64,000 bases of DNA from Eledone cirrhosa (GCA_964016885.1 OZ024741.1:359662001-359726000); one strand, 5' to 3'; positions 12,612-25,609 are shown, counted from the stretch's first letter. Program-made: numbers and translations. The notes: generated by a model not told the origin, from the letters alone.

Positions 12612-12745
12612 ATTATTTCTGAAGACAGCATATATATGTAGGGGTATGTATATTTCCTCTGATAGTTTGTAAATTTTTTACATAGATCTATATGATATAC
12701 ATACCAACACACATATATATCCTAGAAACGATCGTAAAATGATGA
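12612..12745 (+). ncRNA. Type I hammerhead ribozyme motif with ~100-nt extended stem II
   Basis: CTGAAGA (12619-25) ... GAAAC-GATC-GTA (12725-36). Stem I (tc)attattt/aaatgat(ga). Stem II helices atatatatgt/acatatatat and ggtatgtatat/atatacatacc. Confidence 0.72.
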
Positions 12746-12920
12746 ATTTTTTAAGATAAGGAACTTGTTCATTGTTTTTATTAATTTATCTTGCCTCTGT
12801 TTTCTTGTGATTTTCATCGGAAAATTTTTGAATACATCTTCTCTTTTCATGATATTTGGATTACATTGAGTTCTTCATACGGATTGGACACTACCGTATA
12901 TTTTGGTAGATTTATCTACA

Positions 12921-12958
<38 letters not shown>

Positions 12959-12959
12959 G

Positions 12960-13550
12960 TATGTAAAATGTAAACAGAATAACAAAAATAACATAATAAA
13001 TGACACAGTATATGGAAGAAATATAATAGTTTAACGCTTGAAATAGCAGGAAGAGATTCTTAACGTTTCAGACAGTCCTTCATCAGAGGATAGAGTTAGA
13101 AATAGAAGATAAACAAAAAGTAAAGAGTGATAAGAGGAAGGAATGAGGAAAATGAAGAAACAAAATCGGGGAGAAAAAAAAACCACACATGTGTATTCAG
13201 TCGGCCATCTTGGAGAGTGAGTGGTCAAGTGGTATCTTCATGTGCAGAAGTAGATGTGTGTGAAGTGATATATATCTATGGATGTTGTAAATATGGGTGT
13301 GTATTGTGTAGTAGCAGAAGTTGCATGTGTGTATATATGTGCATGGGTTTGTGTGTGAGAGCAAGGGTAAATGGATGTTATAGGAACTGTGAGTAGGGGT
13401 TTGAGTCCATACAAAAAAGAGGTTCCAAGGTGGAGAATTAAGTTCTGCTCAGTGATACATATATATGCATAGTTGGAGGATTGAAAGGTCAATGTTGATT
13501 CAATGGGTTTTCACAGAGTGTCAGGTTGACTAAATGCCAGTCACTTCCCT
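12960..13550 (-). mobile_element. PLE 3' fragment (GIY-YIG tail plus 3' UTR)
   Basis: Minus-strand translation EQNLILHLGT..YGLKP resembles the PLE C-terminal EQxLIxxLGTxxPxGLN motif. A minimal hammerhead motif lies downstream and the fragment ends at (TA)n. Confidence 0.6.
13056..13091 (-). ncRNA. Minimal hammerhead ribozyme motif
   Basis: Minus strand: atcct-CTGATGA-aggactgtct-GAAAC-gtta-agaat. Confidence 0.55.
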
Positions 13551-15237
13551 CACCACATGTAGTTGAACCAAATAATTAAGTTGGCCCTAGCTAGAATTAA
13601 TATCTCCTCAATTCTGGAGCCAGTTGGATTGTCCAGGATCGATGGTTTGATAGACTTGCTCTTTGCTCTTAGGCTAGAGGTAGGTACCTCATGTGGGACA
13701 CTTCTGTCTGCGACTCTTTTACTCCTTCTCACTTCCTAGATGCTGTAGCAGAAGTGAGGGTCACTGAACCAAACTGAATAAGTGACTAAAATACTTGACA
13801 GTGAATTACATTTTTCTAACTATGACATTCAAGATGTATATAAAGGCTAGGCATCATTGGTGATTCATCTTACTAAAGTATCATCAGATGATGCTGGTGA
13901 AGTTGCTTGGCTAGTTCAGTGCTTTAGCCTCATTATCACCCATGGTAATACTGTGTCTTTTCTTGCCTCAAAAATGGCAACAACAGTATTCCCTATTGTA
14001 ACGTATAGTTGAGTGTGCATGTTTCATATTTTTTTTTTCTTTTCTAATTAATTTTATTGACCAGTTTCTCTTTTAAATCATATTTATAAACATTAATTGT
14101 CTTTAAATTTAAATTCTATTAACTTTTTATGAAGTTAACAAAAATGCATTTTATTGTATATGTGTGTGGGTGGGGTCAATGGCTGATAGATATATAGATA
14201 AGTAGAAAGGTAATTAGTTAGATAAATAGGTAGGTAAGTAGGTAGGTAGGTAGGTAGATAGATAGGTAAGTATTGTATTTAAGTTTCTTCAATATGTTAG
14301 AACAAATGCATATGTAATACAATGGTAATTAAAGCAGAATAAAGGAACAATAGACACGGCCATGAAAGGTAAATATGTTCTCACACATAACTGAAGCATT
14401 AAAGTTAGACATCCATAATAGGCAATGTTAGCTCAAGCTGTCTTTCAGAACATTTCTATGTTGACAAAAGATAAGATATATGAGTAAAACAATGAATGCA
14501 ATTATAAATTGTTACTATTATCAAAATATTTGAAATCCTTTTATTTTTGTCTGAAATAATTGGAGTAATGTTACTCGATAAAATGTGTAGCTCAGAGATC
14601 AGAGAGTCACTCCAGGTAGAGTCACTACTTCTCTGAATTGAGGGATCACAGCTCTGATACTATGGGCATATGGTTAGAATGTCTCAGGAAAAAAAATTGG
14701 TAGACAGATTTTACAGGTAAACCTAAGAGGTAAGAGATTCAAGAGTAGACACTAAGCAAGATGGTTGGATAACATCCATAAGTTTGACTGGTCACGCTTG
14801 GGGATCCAGTCAGATCAGTTAGAGATGGTTGCTTCTGACAGGACCCACTGGAGGGAGTGTTTGGGGACTCTGCCCCCACGACCCACTCAGGAATAAGTGG
14901 GCGAAGAAAAGAAGAAGATAAAAATGTAAAAAGAATAGTCTCTCCAAAATAGTTTGTGTTATATTGTGAAATATTAAGTTTAAGGGTTCTTTATATTTCT
15001 CAGTGATATTTGAGGTTTGTATTGTGTATATCAAGTTTAAGTGAGCATTCAGGGAAACATATACAAGTGCATACACATGGCTGTGTGGTTATGAGGTTTG
15101 CTTTGCAACCACATGGTTTTAGATTCTATCCTACTTGTGCAAGTGTTTTCTACCATAGCCTTGGGCCAACTAATATGAATAAGTGAATTTGGTAGATGGA
15201 AACTGAAAGGAAGTCCATTCTGAAAATCCTCCTCGTG

Positions 15238-15478
15238 TGAAGGCGCATGGTTTAGTGGTTAGAGCGTGTGGCTTACAATGGTGAGGTTGTCAGTTTGATT
15301 CTCAGACTGTTGTGTTCTTGAGCTAGACACTTTATCTCACGTTGCTCCAGTTTACTCAGCTGTAGAAATGAATTGGGACATCACTGGTGCCAAGCTGTAT
15401 TGGCCATTGCCTTTCCTTTGGACAACATCGGTGGCATGGAGAGGCGAGACTGACATACTGGTTACCATGCTGGCATTT
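15238..15478 (+). mobile_element. tRNA-derived CORE-type SINE
   Basis: gaaggcgcatggtttagtggttagagcg head and tgttcttgagctagacactttatctcacgttgctccagtttactcagctg core. Confidence 0.7.
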
Positions 15479-15485
15479 ATATATA

Positions 15486-15894
15486 CTAGCAGAAAAATAA
15501 CCCTTCGGGTGGTTTTCTGCTAGCTTGTGTTGTGTGCATATTGATATTATACACAAATATTATACGCATGATATGTCAAATGAAATCGTAATTGACAATA
15601 TGCACAGAAATTGAAGAGAGACTGTGTTACACTCTCTTCTGTAATCAGTAAAGTAATCCATGATACATTTAAAAAAGACGATATTATATATAAACTGCAT
15701 TACGGTGAAATGTAATGAAAACGAAAAAAGGAGAAAATTAGCGACAGAAATGTAAACCTTATATAACGATGCAAATATATAAACGTTTATATAAGTGATA
15801 TGATATAGTGTCCGTCTTATCATAACCGGAAGTGTAGATATTTGAAAATTTTAAAAGAAGTGAATCATAAAATAAGCAGCCATTATATATAAGA
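15486..15894 (-). mobile_element. Non-autonomous Helitron-like element
   Basis: Minus strand begins TCttatatataat (15894) and ends with a hairpin plus ctgCTAG|T (15486-15489). Confidence 0.55.
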
Positions 15895-15907
15895 ATATTT
15901 ATGTTAA

Positions 15908-16127
15908 CCCTTTAGCATTTAAACCGGCCATATCCGGCCAGAATTCCCTCACCTCTTTCTGTTCAAACTGGCTGTAACCGACCACTCATACTAATGTTAA
16001 AGTATTGTTCTCAAAATAAATAATATCAAAATCTCATTGATTCGATATTATGTGAGGTATTATAAAAGATAAAGCCTTTTCCACAAAATTACAATAGTAA
16101 ATATAAAGTAATGTGAATGCTAAAGGG
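15908..16127. mobile_element. MITE with TTAA TSD (piggyBac-like ends)
   Basis: TTAA|ccctttagcatt...aatgctaaaggg|TTAA. Related copies at 17531-17738 and 29724-29934. Confidence 0.8.
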
Positions 16128-16185
16128 TTAAATCAACAGCTACGAAATTTAGTACATAAATTATGTAGTATTCTTTCATTATTTT

Positions 16186-16370
16186 GGATTGGCAGTATCG
16201 GTAGAGGGTCTGACGCCATGCTTTGCAGCAAAGAGTTACGGCCCTTTATGGTCTGAGTTCAAATCCCGCCGAGGTTAACTTTTCCTTTCATCCTTACGGG
16301 GTCGATAAAATAAAGTACCAGTAATGTACTGGGTAATTGCTGGCCTTGTGCCAAAAGTAGAAACAATTAT
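16186..16370 (+). mobile_element. SINE (family A)
   Basis: ggattggcagtatcggtagagggtc...gtagaaacaattatt. Confidence 0.85.
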
Positions 16371-17049
16371 TTATTCAAAGTAATCCAACTTATTTTACTA
16401 ATAGAATAAAAAAAATATATTCAGGACACAGTCCTGCACTCCTCCCTTTATTATATTATGATAAATATATATTGTGGTAGTGGTGGGTGAAGATGATGGT
16501 GATGGTGATGATGATGGTGGTGGTGATATTACTTCAGTGCTTTGATGCGAGGACTGTGCAAAGAAAACACCTGTTTTGTTTATTTTCTCTATTAAACCAA
16601 TCTAACCACACATGCATATAAACTACACACTACACACCACACGTGCTTATATACAAATACATATACATCTACACATGCACACACACACACACACAGAACA
16701 CACTCTGTTTTATATAATGGTCTACAGTCTATATTTTAACCTCATAAGAGAAAATAGTCACATACTGCAATAGTTTCAGCCATATTCGAGAGGGAGTGGA
16801 GTGTTACTCAACACTTTTGTATATGATAGTTAATATGATTTTATCCAAAGAGAAGTGAAGTACTTCACCCGTGTGAAGCCTTAGCATATTTGTATTTAAT
16901 ATTCAGAATACTGAGCCATGTGTATAATGTTTATGAGGATGAGAATGAGAAACAAATTGTATATTATTATATTAGAAAAGTTGTTATTGTATGTATGTAT
17001 GTGTGTGGCTTGTTAAGGAGGGTCCTTGAAAGAAGTCACCAGGCTGGTT

Positions 17050-17830
17050 CCTTAAAAGGTGTTGATAACTTTTATTTAGGTGACCTAATTATTGTGATAG
17101 CCAAGGAAAGAAGGAGCTGGAAAAAATTTAGTAGGCTATTACCTTTGCTGACAACAAACTGCTTTTCTCTCAGATTGAAAGATAGGCTGTATGATACCTG
17201 AGAAGGAACTGCAATACTACATGCCAATGAGACATAGGCCTTGGCTACAGAAGACCTGTGAAGGCTAGAAAGAAATGAAATAAATATACTCCGATGGATG
17301 TGTAATGTTAGTATACATGAATGACATAGCATAAGGAGCTAAGAGAAAAACATGGCATAAGAGGAGTTGGATGTAGTGTGCAAGAGAGGAGACTGCATTG
17401 GTATGGACAGGTGATATGTATGGAAGATGACAGCTGTATAAAAAAAGTGCAGAGATACCTCAGTGGCTGGGACCCGTGGATGAGGCAGACCCAGGGAAAC
17501 TTTGGATGAGGTAGTGAAGACTGACCTTAACCCTTCTAATATTTGCATTACTCTATATTTACTATTGTATTTTCGCGGTAAAGGCTTTATCTCACATAAT
17601 ATTGAATCTATGAGATGTTGATATCATTTATTTTGAGAATAATACCTTAACGTTGGTATAATGGCTGGTTACAGCTGGTTTGAACAGAAATAGGTCAGAG
17701 AATTCTGGGCAGATACAGCTGGTTTAAATGCTAAAATGTTAAGAAACTGAACTTCGCAATGGAGATGACAAAGGATTATGAGAATTGATGACATGCTATA
17801 ATGGAGAGGGTCTGCCTACCAGCATAAAAT
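17050..17830 (+). mobile_element. Degenerate RTE LINE 3' fragment interrupted by a TTAA MITE (17531-17738)
   Basis: SWKKFSRLLPLL...RLKDRLYD is homologous to ORF 62347-63972; the LINE sequence resumes after the TTAA-flanked MITE. Confidence 0.75.
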
Positions 17831-18072
17831 GTAACCTGACCCATCCTCTTGCATTCCACTCCATTAGCATTCCTTAGTAGCTACCCTCTTTAAAATATTT
17901 CTTACAAAAATAGCTTCATTTCTAAAACAGATTTTATTCACTGTTGTATAAAAAAAGAGATATAATAATACAATGTTTACAGAAAGAAAGCAGAAACAAA
18001 TATGATAGAAAGGAAAGGGAGAGGAAAAACAGAGAAAAAAAAGAAAGAAAAAGAAAAAGAAAAGAAAAAAAA

Positions 18073-18790
18073 AACAAGGCCACCTTCGACTCCCTCTTCA
18101 TCCAGTCGGATTTGTTTTCAAGGTGCCGCTTACTGTCTGCCAGCGCCAAATACTCAGGTGACTGGGCTGGTGGCCTACCCAGCTTGGACGAACTTCATGT
18201 CTCCATTGCCTTCATAGTGGGAGCTGAGCTCTGTACAGGTTTGAGGTGTCAATATGGCAAACTCCTTGACTCCACAGGCCTCCACAGTCTTTCTTGTCGC
18301 CTGAATGCCGGTTGCTTCACACGTCACACCGAGCTAAACATTATTCTCAAGAGAGCTTTGGCCCAGGAAAACATCCCCTCAATCTTGGAACCATCTGGGT
18401 TGTCCAGAAGTGATGGGAAAAGACCTGATGGCCTTACTCTGTGCCCCTGGTCGAGAGGCAGATGCCTGAGACGTCACAGTTAGTGACTCTTTTGCTTCTT
18501 CCCACATCCTGGATGCTATGGTTAGGGCGAGAGCCACAGCTTCCACAGCCGAATGGAACAAAATCCTAAAATACTGTTATCTGTTGGCCAACTACATTTT
18601 CCAGCCTGTGGCGTTCGAGATATTTGGGGGAGTCGGGCTACTGACTGTGAGATTCCTATCTTCACTGGCGGCTCGTCTAACAGAGGTAACTGGTGAAGCT
18701 CACAAGGGTAGTTGGTTGTTCCAGCGCATCAGCCTCACCATCACCCGAGGTAACGCTGCAAGCATGCTGGCTTGCATCAAAAATCATTAG
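18073..18790 (+). mobile_element. CRE-like (RLE-encoding) non-LTR retrotransposon, C-terminal fragment with frameshift
   Basis: SGDW..LPS, GLHSLSC...RHTELN, EPSGLSRSDGKRPDGLTLCPW, DVTV, FQPVAFEIFGG and FQRISLTITRGNAAS are zinc-knuckle remnant and PD-D restriction-like endonuclease motifs. Confidence 0.8.
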
Positions 18791-19411
18791 AGAGGTTTCC
18801 CACTACTCTTCGCAATACTTTCTAAAATTATCTTTGAAAAAGTCGTTTTTTACAAATTAAATGTGTGTGTGTTTGTGTATGTGTGTGCGGAGGGTATGGG
18901 TGTGTGAAGGGTATGGGTGTGTGTATTGGTAGTGAGGGTGTGGTGTGTGTATGTATGGATGCGGGGTGTGTATGGAGGTGTCAGGAATGTATGGGTGTGT
19001 TTGTGTGAAGCGGTATGTGTAGGGGTGTATATAGGTGTATGGGTTATATACATGTGTGAGGAGAGTGTGTGGAATAGGGGATCTATGTGTATGGATGTGT
19101 GTGTGTAATGGGTATGTATGTGTGTGTGTGTTGGGGTGCATGTGTGTGTGGGGGGTGTATGGGTGAATGTATGGGCGTGTGCGTGTGAGTGTGTGTGTTT
19201 AAGGATATGTATGAGTTTTGGGGGGGAGCTGCATATTTATGTATGTGTGTGTGGATGTGTATGAGTGTTTGTGTATGGGGATGGCTGTGTGTGATTGAGT
19301 TTGTATTGGTATGTGTATAGGTGTGGGTGTGTGTGTGTAATTGCTTTTCTTTTTGTTTATTACATTCTATGTATAAATGATTAGAAAGTAGTATGGAGTC
19401 TAGTTTAACAC

Positions 19412-21680
19412 AGGGACATCTTGTGAATATAGAAACAGTGTGTAGTGAGATGTATATGTAGTTATGGTATAGGGACATCTTGTGAATATAGAAACAGTGT
19501 GTAGTGAGATGTATATGTAGTTGTGGTATAGGGACATCTTGTTGTGAATATAGAAACAGTGTGTAGTGAGATGTATATGTAGTTATGGTATAGGGACATC
19601 TTGTGAATATAGAAACAGTGTGTAGTGAGATGTATATGTAGTTATGGTATAGGGACATCTTGTTGTGAATATAGAAACAGTGTGTAGTGAGATGTATATG
19701 TAGTTATGGTATAAGGACATCTTGTGAATATAGAAACAGTGTGTAGTGAGATGTATATGTAGTTATGGTATAGGGACATCTTGCTGTGAATATAGAAACA
19801 GTGTGTAGTGAGATGTATATGTAGTTATGGTATAGGGACATCTTGCTGTGAATATAGAAACAGTGTGTAGTGAGATGTATATGTAGTTATGGTATAGGGA
19901 CATCTTGCTGTGAATATAGAAACAGTGTGTAGTGAGATGTATATGTAGTTATGGTATAGGGACATCTTGTTGTGAATATAGAAACAGTGTGTAGTGAGAT
20001 GTATATGTAGTTATGGTATAGGGACATCTTGTGAATATAGAAACAGTGTGTAGTGAGATGTATATGTAGTTGTGGTATAGGGACATCTTGTTGTGAATAT
20101 AGAAACAGTGTGTAGTGAGATGTATATGTAGTTATGGTATAGGGACATCTTGCTGTGAATATAGAAACAGTGTGTAGTGAGATGTATATGTAGTTATGGT
20201 ATAGGGACATCTTGTTGTGAATATAGAAACAGTGTGTAGTGAGATGTATATGTAGTTGTGAATATAGAAACAGTGTGTAGTGAGATGTATATGTAGTTAT
20301 GGTATAGGGACATCTTGCTGTGAATATAGAAACAGTGTGTTGTGAGATGTATATGTAGTTATGGTATAGGGACATCTTGTGAATATAGAAACAGTGTGTA
20401 GTGAGATGTATATGTAGTTGTGGTATAGGGACATCTTGTTGTGAATATAGAAACAGTGTGTAGTGAGATGTATATGTAGTTATGGTATAGGGACATCTTG
20501 CTGTGAATATAGAAACAGTGTGTAGTGAGATGTATATGTAGTTATGGTATAGGGACATCTTGTGAATATAGAAACAGTGTGTAGTGAGATGTATATGTAG
20601 TTGTGGTATAGGGACATCTTGCTGTGAATATAGAAACAGTGTGTAGTGAGATGTATATGTAGTTGTGGTATAGGGACATCTTGCTGTGAATATAGAAACA
20701 GTGTGTAGTGAGATGTATATGTAGTTATGGTATAGGGACATCTTGTGAATATAGAAACAGTGTGTAGTGAGATGTATATGTAGTTGTGGTATAGGGACAT
20801 CTTGCTGTGAATATAGAAACAGTGTGTAGTGAGATGTATATGTAGTTGTGGTATAGGGACATCTTGTTGTGAATATAGAAACAGTGTGTAGTGAGATGTA
20901 TATGTAGTTGTGGTATAGGGACATCTTGTGAATATAGAAACAGTGTGTTGTGAGATGTATATGTAGTTATGGTATAGGGACATCTTGTTGTGAATATAGA
21001 AACAGTGTGTAGTGAGATGTATATGTAGTTGTGGTATAGGGACATCTTGTTGTGAATATAGAAACAGTGTGTAGTGAGATGTATATGTAGTTATGGTATA
21101 GGGACATCTTGCTGTGAATATAGAAACAGTGTGTAGTGAGATGTATATGTAGTTATGGTATAGGGACATCTTGTGAATATAGAAACAGTGTGTTGTGAGA
21201 TGTATATGTAGTTATGGTATAGGGACATCTTGTGAATATAGAAACAGTGTGTTGTGAGATGTATATGTAGTTATGGTATAGGGACATCTTGTTGTGAATA
21301 TAGAAACAGTGTGTAGTGAGATGTATATGTAGTTGTGACATCGAGATTTCTTGTTGTGAATATAAAAACCGTGTGTAGTGAGATATATATGTAGTTGTGA
21401 CATAGAGACCTTATTGTGAATATAGAAACAGTGTATTTTGAGATATATGTAGTTGTGACATAGGGACATCTTGTTGAGAATATTGAAAGTGTGTTGTGAG
21501 ATCTATGTAGTTGTAATATATTGATATCTTGTTGTGCATATCGAAACAGTATGTAGTGAGATATATATGTAGTTGTGACACAGAGACCTTGTTGTGAATA
21601 TAGAAGCAGTGTGTAGATAGGGATATCTTGTGAATATAGAAACTATGTGTAGTGAGATATATATGTAGTTGTGATATAGA
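19412..21680. repeat. Tandem satellite, 59/62-bp unit, ~31 homogeneous copies plus a degenerate right edge
   Basis: Unit agggacatcttg(ttg|ctg)tgaatatagaaacagtgtgtagtgagatgtatatgtagtt(a/g)tggtat. Confidence 0.95.
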
Positions 21681-23234
21681 GAACACTTTAAAACTACCTG
21701 TTTTAAAGTGTTCACATTTATATTAAACCTTTCCATCATAATTTTATCTAAGATATTTTTGTTAAGTAATATTTAAAACAAGCTTTCTAATAAAATAGTT
21801 ATCCCTTTTGATATGAAACTGCCTGATACCACCCTTAGTTTTATGATAGGAAACTTGATTTTAAAGTATTTATATTTATCTAAAAGTCTTTCATCATAAT
21901 TCCATGTAAGTACCTTTGTTAAATTATATTCCAAATGCCAACTTATTAATGATAAAGTTAGTTATATTATTAAATCCTTCCAAGGATGGTGGATAAGCAG
22001 TGTTGTTAAAGTGTTTGACAAATGCTTAGCAGTATTTTTTCTGGCTCTTTACATTCTGAAGTCAAATCCTTCCAAGGACAACTTTGCCTTTCATTCTTCC
22101 ATACTAGGGCCAATATATTCAAATTTTCCTTCCTTCAAAAATTGCTGGCCTTGTGACAAAATTAGAAACTATTATTAAATCCTTCCAAATTCATGATTAT
22201 TGCAGCAAATTGGCAGAGTTTTTAAGACGTCGGATAGAATGCTTTACAGATCCCACCTCATTACGTGCCCTTAGTTCAAATCCTGCTGTGGTCAACTTTG
22301 TCTTTCCTCCTTTTGAGGTTGATAAAAAAGTACCAACCAGTACTGGGGTCAATTCTTCCTTTATCAGTGTTTTCTCATTAGTAATATAAAAATGAAAGAT
22401 TTATATTATTAAATTTTTAGAAATTTTTGATTATTTTCAAAATGAAATCAAACATAGAAATATAGTAACGGAAGAGTTAAAAAGCACTGCTTTAGTGCAA
22501 CAAGATTTACTGTTTATTACCATGAGGAGTTCTTCATAATCATTGTGAACCAGTAAAATCTAGATTTCTTTTCTTGTTTTTATCTATTCATGAAAATATA
22601 TTCCTACCAAAGTACTTCTTTACTATGATTCTGTTTTCATGCAGCCATATCTCCATTTGAAATCAATATCTAACTGGGGGAAGTAAACTTCCAAAGGAAT
22701 CAAAAAGACTCACTACCTGTCAGCCAAAGTATCTACCTACCTACCTGCCAACCTACCTATCTATCTACCTATTTACCTATGTACCTACTCACCTGTCTGT
22801 GGCCCTGTCTGCTTGCCTCCTATCCATCTATCTATCTGTATCTGCCTCTTATCCATTTACGTGTCTGTCTGTCTACCTGCATCCTATCTAGCAAGCTGTT
22901 TGTCTATCCATTCATCTGTCTAGAGTCTATCTATGTCTAGATGTCTACCTGACTATTTTTCTGTGTGCCTCTATGTGTGTCAGTGGCTCTCTGTTCTTCT
23001 GTGGGGCTTTCAAAATAATCAACCTTTTCCTTCCCTCAGATTGTTGGTCTTGTGTCTAAATTAAAAGTGATTATTATTTAACTCTTAACATCCTGTAATG
23101 ATTTAACAGAAAATATGTAAAAACAAGTTTGTTAATTAAAATGTTTATAGTATCTTTACCAGTGGACAGGTCTTTGTGAAAATTTGCTGTAAACTAAAGT
23201 ATTGACTGCCTTAAATACAATCACTTGCTAAACA

Positions 23235-24321
23235 AGGCAGTATATGTAGAGGATATGCTAAGTCTGGAGAGAAATGAAGCGACCATGTTTCAATGGATGT
23301 GCAATGTTAATGTGCATGAATGCCAAAGCATTGAACTAAGAGGTAAACTGTGTATAAGAGGAATCAGGTGTAGTGTGCAAAAAAGAAGACTATAACGGAA
23401 TACTCCTACATATTACTGGCGAAGATTCGAAACCGAATCTGAGCTATCCCGCCTCTGGGACAAGCCGTGGTTAGTTGTTTTCGCCTTTGTCCTGTCAACG
23501 ATGATGGATGACATTCTATTTGACCTGTGACCCCAACCCCTTGGGAGCTGTTAACCACAGGTCAGATGATGGTTCTTTACACCTGGCAGAAAAGAGGTCA
23601 GATGATATATCCATCCTTCTAACTTCAACAGTTATAAATACAAGGGTTGTTTATACCTGGCAGAAAAAGTGAGACTAGACAAAAGGTATTCACCGACGCT
23701 GTCAAATCTCCCTTCACGAAAAACCACTCTGTCCTCTAATTTCTCACATGCCATTCCCGCCTGGCTGATTGAATACTACTAATGCTAAGACAAGAAAGTA
23801 TACTAATATGCACACATGCACACATAGTAAGTTCACACTGCTTGCATTTTACATGTAGCATTTCTGTCTGTCATATTGTATCTTTCAGATACAATACAAA
23901 TTATATTATATCGTATTCAGTGATACTTGTATTTATGTGGCTCGAAGAGCCACCAACTTATTGTACGAATATTTCATGTTATTGATTTTATCATCCAATG
24001 TTCAAATTGAATATTGTTATAATAAAATAAATATTGTAACAACACAATCCTGGTATTATTCTTTGCATTGAAACCATCATACCAACAATTCCATCTATTT
24101 GTTACAAGACTGCTGATTGGGTGAAGAACTGGTAAGAAATCCCAGTAAAAGGAAGTCGCAGAGCAGTCTTTTTTTCACACTATATCTGATTCCTCTTATA
24201 CACAGTTTACCTCTTAGTTCATCAATGCTTTATCATTCATGCACATTAACATTGCACATCCATTAAAGCATAGTCGCTTCATTTCTCTCCAGACTTAGCA
24301 TATCTTCTGCATACACTGCCT
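23235..24321. repeat. Inverted duplication (~160 bp arms) of an RTE RT 3' segment
   Basis: 23235-23390 (aggcagtatatgtagaggatatgctaagtctggagagaaatgaagcg...) is reverse-complementary to ~24162-24321. Confidence 0.85.
23391..24106. mobile_element. Solo LTR with 4-bp TSD
   Basis: Ends TATAAC (degenerate TGTAAC) ... GTTACA. TSD agac at 23387-23390 and 24107-24110; the interrupted RTE sequence resumes after it. Internal tataaa and aataaa motifs. Confidence 0.75.
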
Positions 24322-24982
24322 ATGTATCACTGTCACAGACCTGTGTGGAGGTGGTGAGAACTGACCTCAAATCACTGAAGCTTTCAGAAGAGATGATGAA
24401 GGAATGCAATAAGTGGAAGGAGATGCTGTGCTGAAAAAGACCTGCCTGACCCATATAAACATGGAAAAGTGGACATAAAATGAGGATGATCTAAAAGTGA
24501 GTTTATTAATTCATATGTCTATAGTATCCTCACAAGCAGACATATTCTTGTAAAAATTTGCAGTATCAGACTGAAGGCATTAATTCTCAATGTAGTGCAG
24601 TCTTAGTGCAGCTTGGTACTTTTCAAGAAAGCCTTGCTAACGTGGTTTCATGTAGCACACAATGTTAAGAATTAAATGATAGAATTGGTAAAGTACTGGA
24701 CAAAATTATTTTCAGTAGTTATGTCCCTTTATGTTCTGCTTTCAAATCCACCATGGCTGACTTTACTTTTCCTCCTTCTGGTGAAGTGAAATTCAAAAGG
24801 TAAATACTAGTCAAGTTCTCCTAGTCAATGCAACTGTTTTACCCCACCCATTCACACACTCAAAACTTGAGACTTTGCATCTGTTAGAAATATTATTTGC
24901 AGTAACATATTTTGCACTAAATACAAAACCAACCCTTTCAGGGATGGGAGAAGTGTTACATTAAATTACCTCCATATATATC

Positions 24983-25530
24983 ATCATCACCGTTTTACGT
25001 CCATTCTTCCATGCTAGCATGGGTTAGACGGGTTGTCCTGTTGTGGGCTGTGTCTGGTCGGCTGACCATGCCTTGCTCATACAGGAACTGATTTTGGCTT
25101 GATTTCTACAGCTGGATGCCCTTCCTAACACCAACCTCATTTACAGTGTGGGCTGGGTGCTTTTTTTCCGTGGCACCTCCACGACCACTTTGCAGTGGGA
25201 GGGTGTGGGGGAATATTGTCTATATGCTTCAGCTTGTACCCATGGGAGGTCGGGTACTCTGTATTACTGCGTGACGCCAGAGGTCACGGTCGTGTGTCGC
25301 CTTTGAGAGGTGTAATTGGGTAAGGTCGGCTTTTATCACCTCATCCCAGGTCTTCTTGGGTCTCCCCACTTTCCATTGACTTCTAGTGCTCTGCACCTTT
25401 TTATGCAGCTGTCATCCTTCATACGCATCACATGTCCATACCAACGCAACCGCCTCTCCTGCACACAGCATTTGATTCCTCTTATGCTCAGTCTCTCTCT
25501 CAATTCATTTATGGTTTGCCGTTCGCGTAT
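24983..25530 (-). mobile_element. RTE LINE 3' end (same family as 62293-64000), 5'-truncated
   Basis: [45 protein letters not shown] is nearly identical to the 62347 ORF; the tail ends ggacgtaaaacggtgatgatg. Confidence 0.9.
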
Positions 25531-25609
25531 ATATATATATTGAAAAATGTGTGAAATCCTTGGTACAGTTAGGTATATTTGTAAAAAGGAAAAGATTGAC
25601 TTCACTTGT

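Larger units (their letters stand above)
10090..12925 (+). mobile_element. Penelope-like retroelement (Naiad-like), truncated and degenerate, with two SINE insertions
   Basis: Translated segments VNFLDITLDLSTGIYQPYHRPNQNLHYIHSQSNH (~10150-10250) and WYNAPFN...NFPPNHKYHQILNRSTVKFSYS (~10970-11110), the GIY-YIG ORF, and a hammerhead motif in the 3' UTR. Confidence 0.82.

Noticed and set aside
19083-21739. Repetitive ORFs (MSLYHNYIYISLHTVS...) and a possible CRISPR-like array
   Set aside because: Head-to-tail satellite without unique spacers; the ORFs shift frame with the 59/62-bp units.
22520-22675. HND-containing stretch on the minus strand (ILLVHNDYEELLM) as a possible kinase Brenner-motif exon
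   Set aside because: It lies downstream of the stop exon, lacks the CHNDxxxGN context and lacks a good acceptor.
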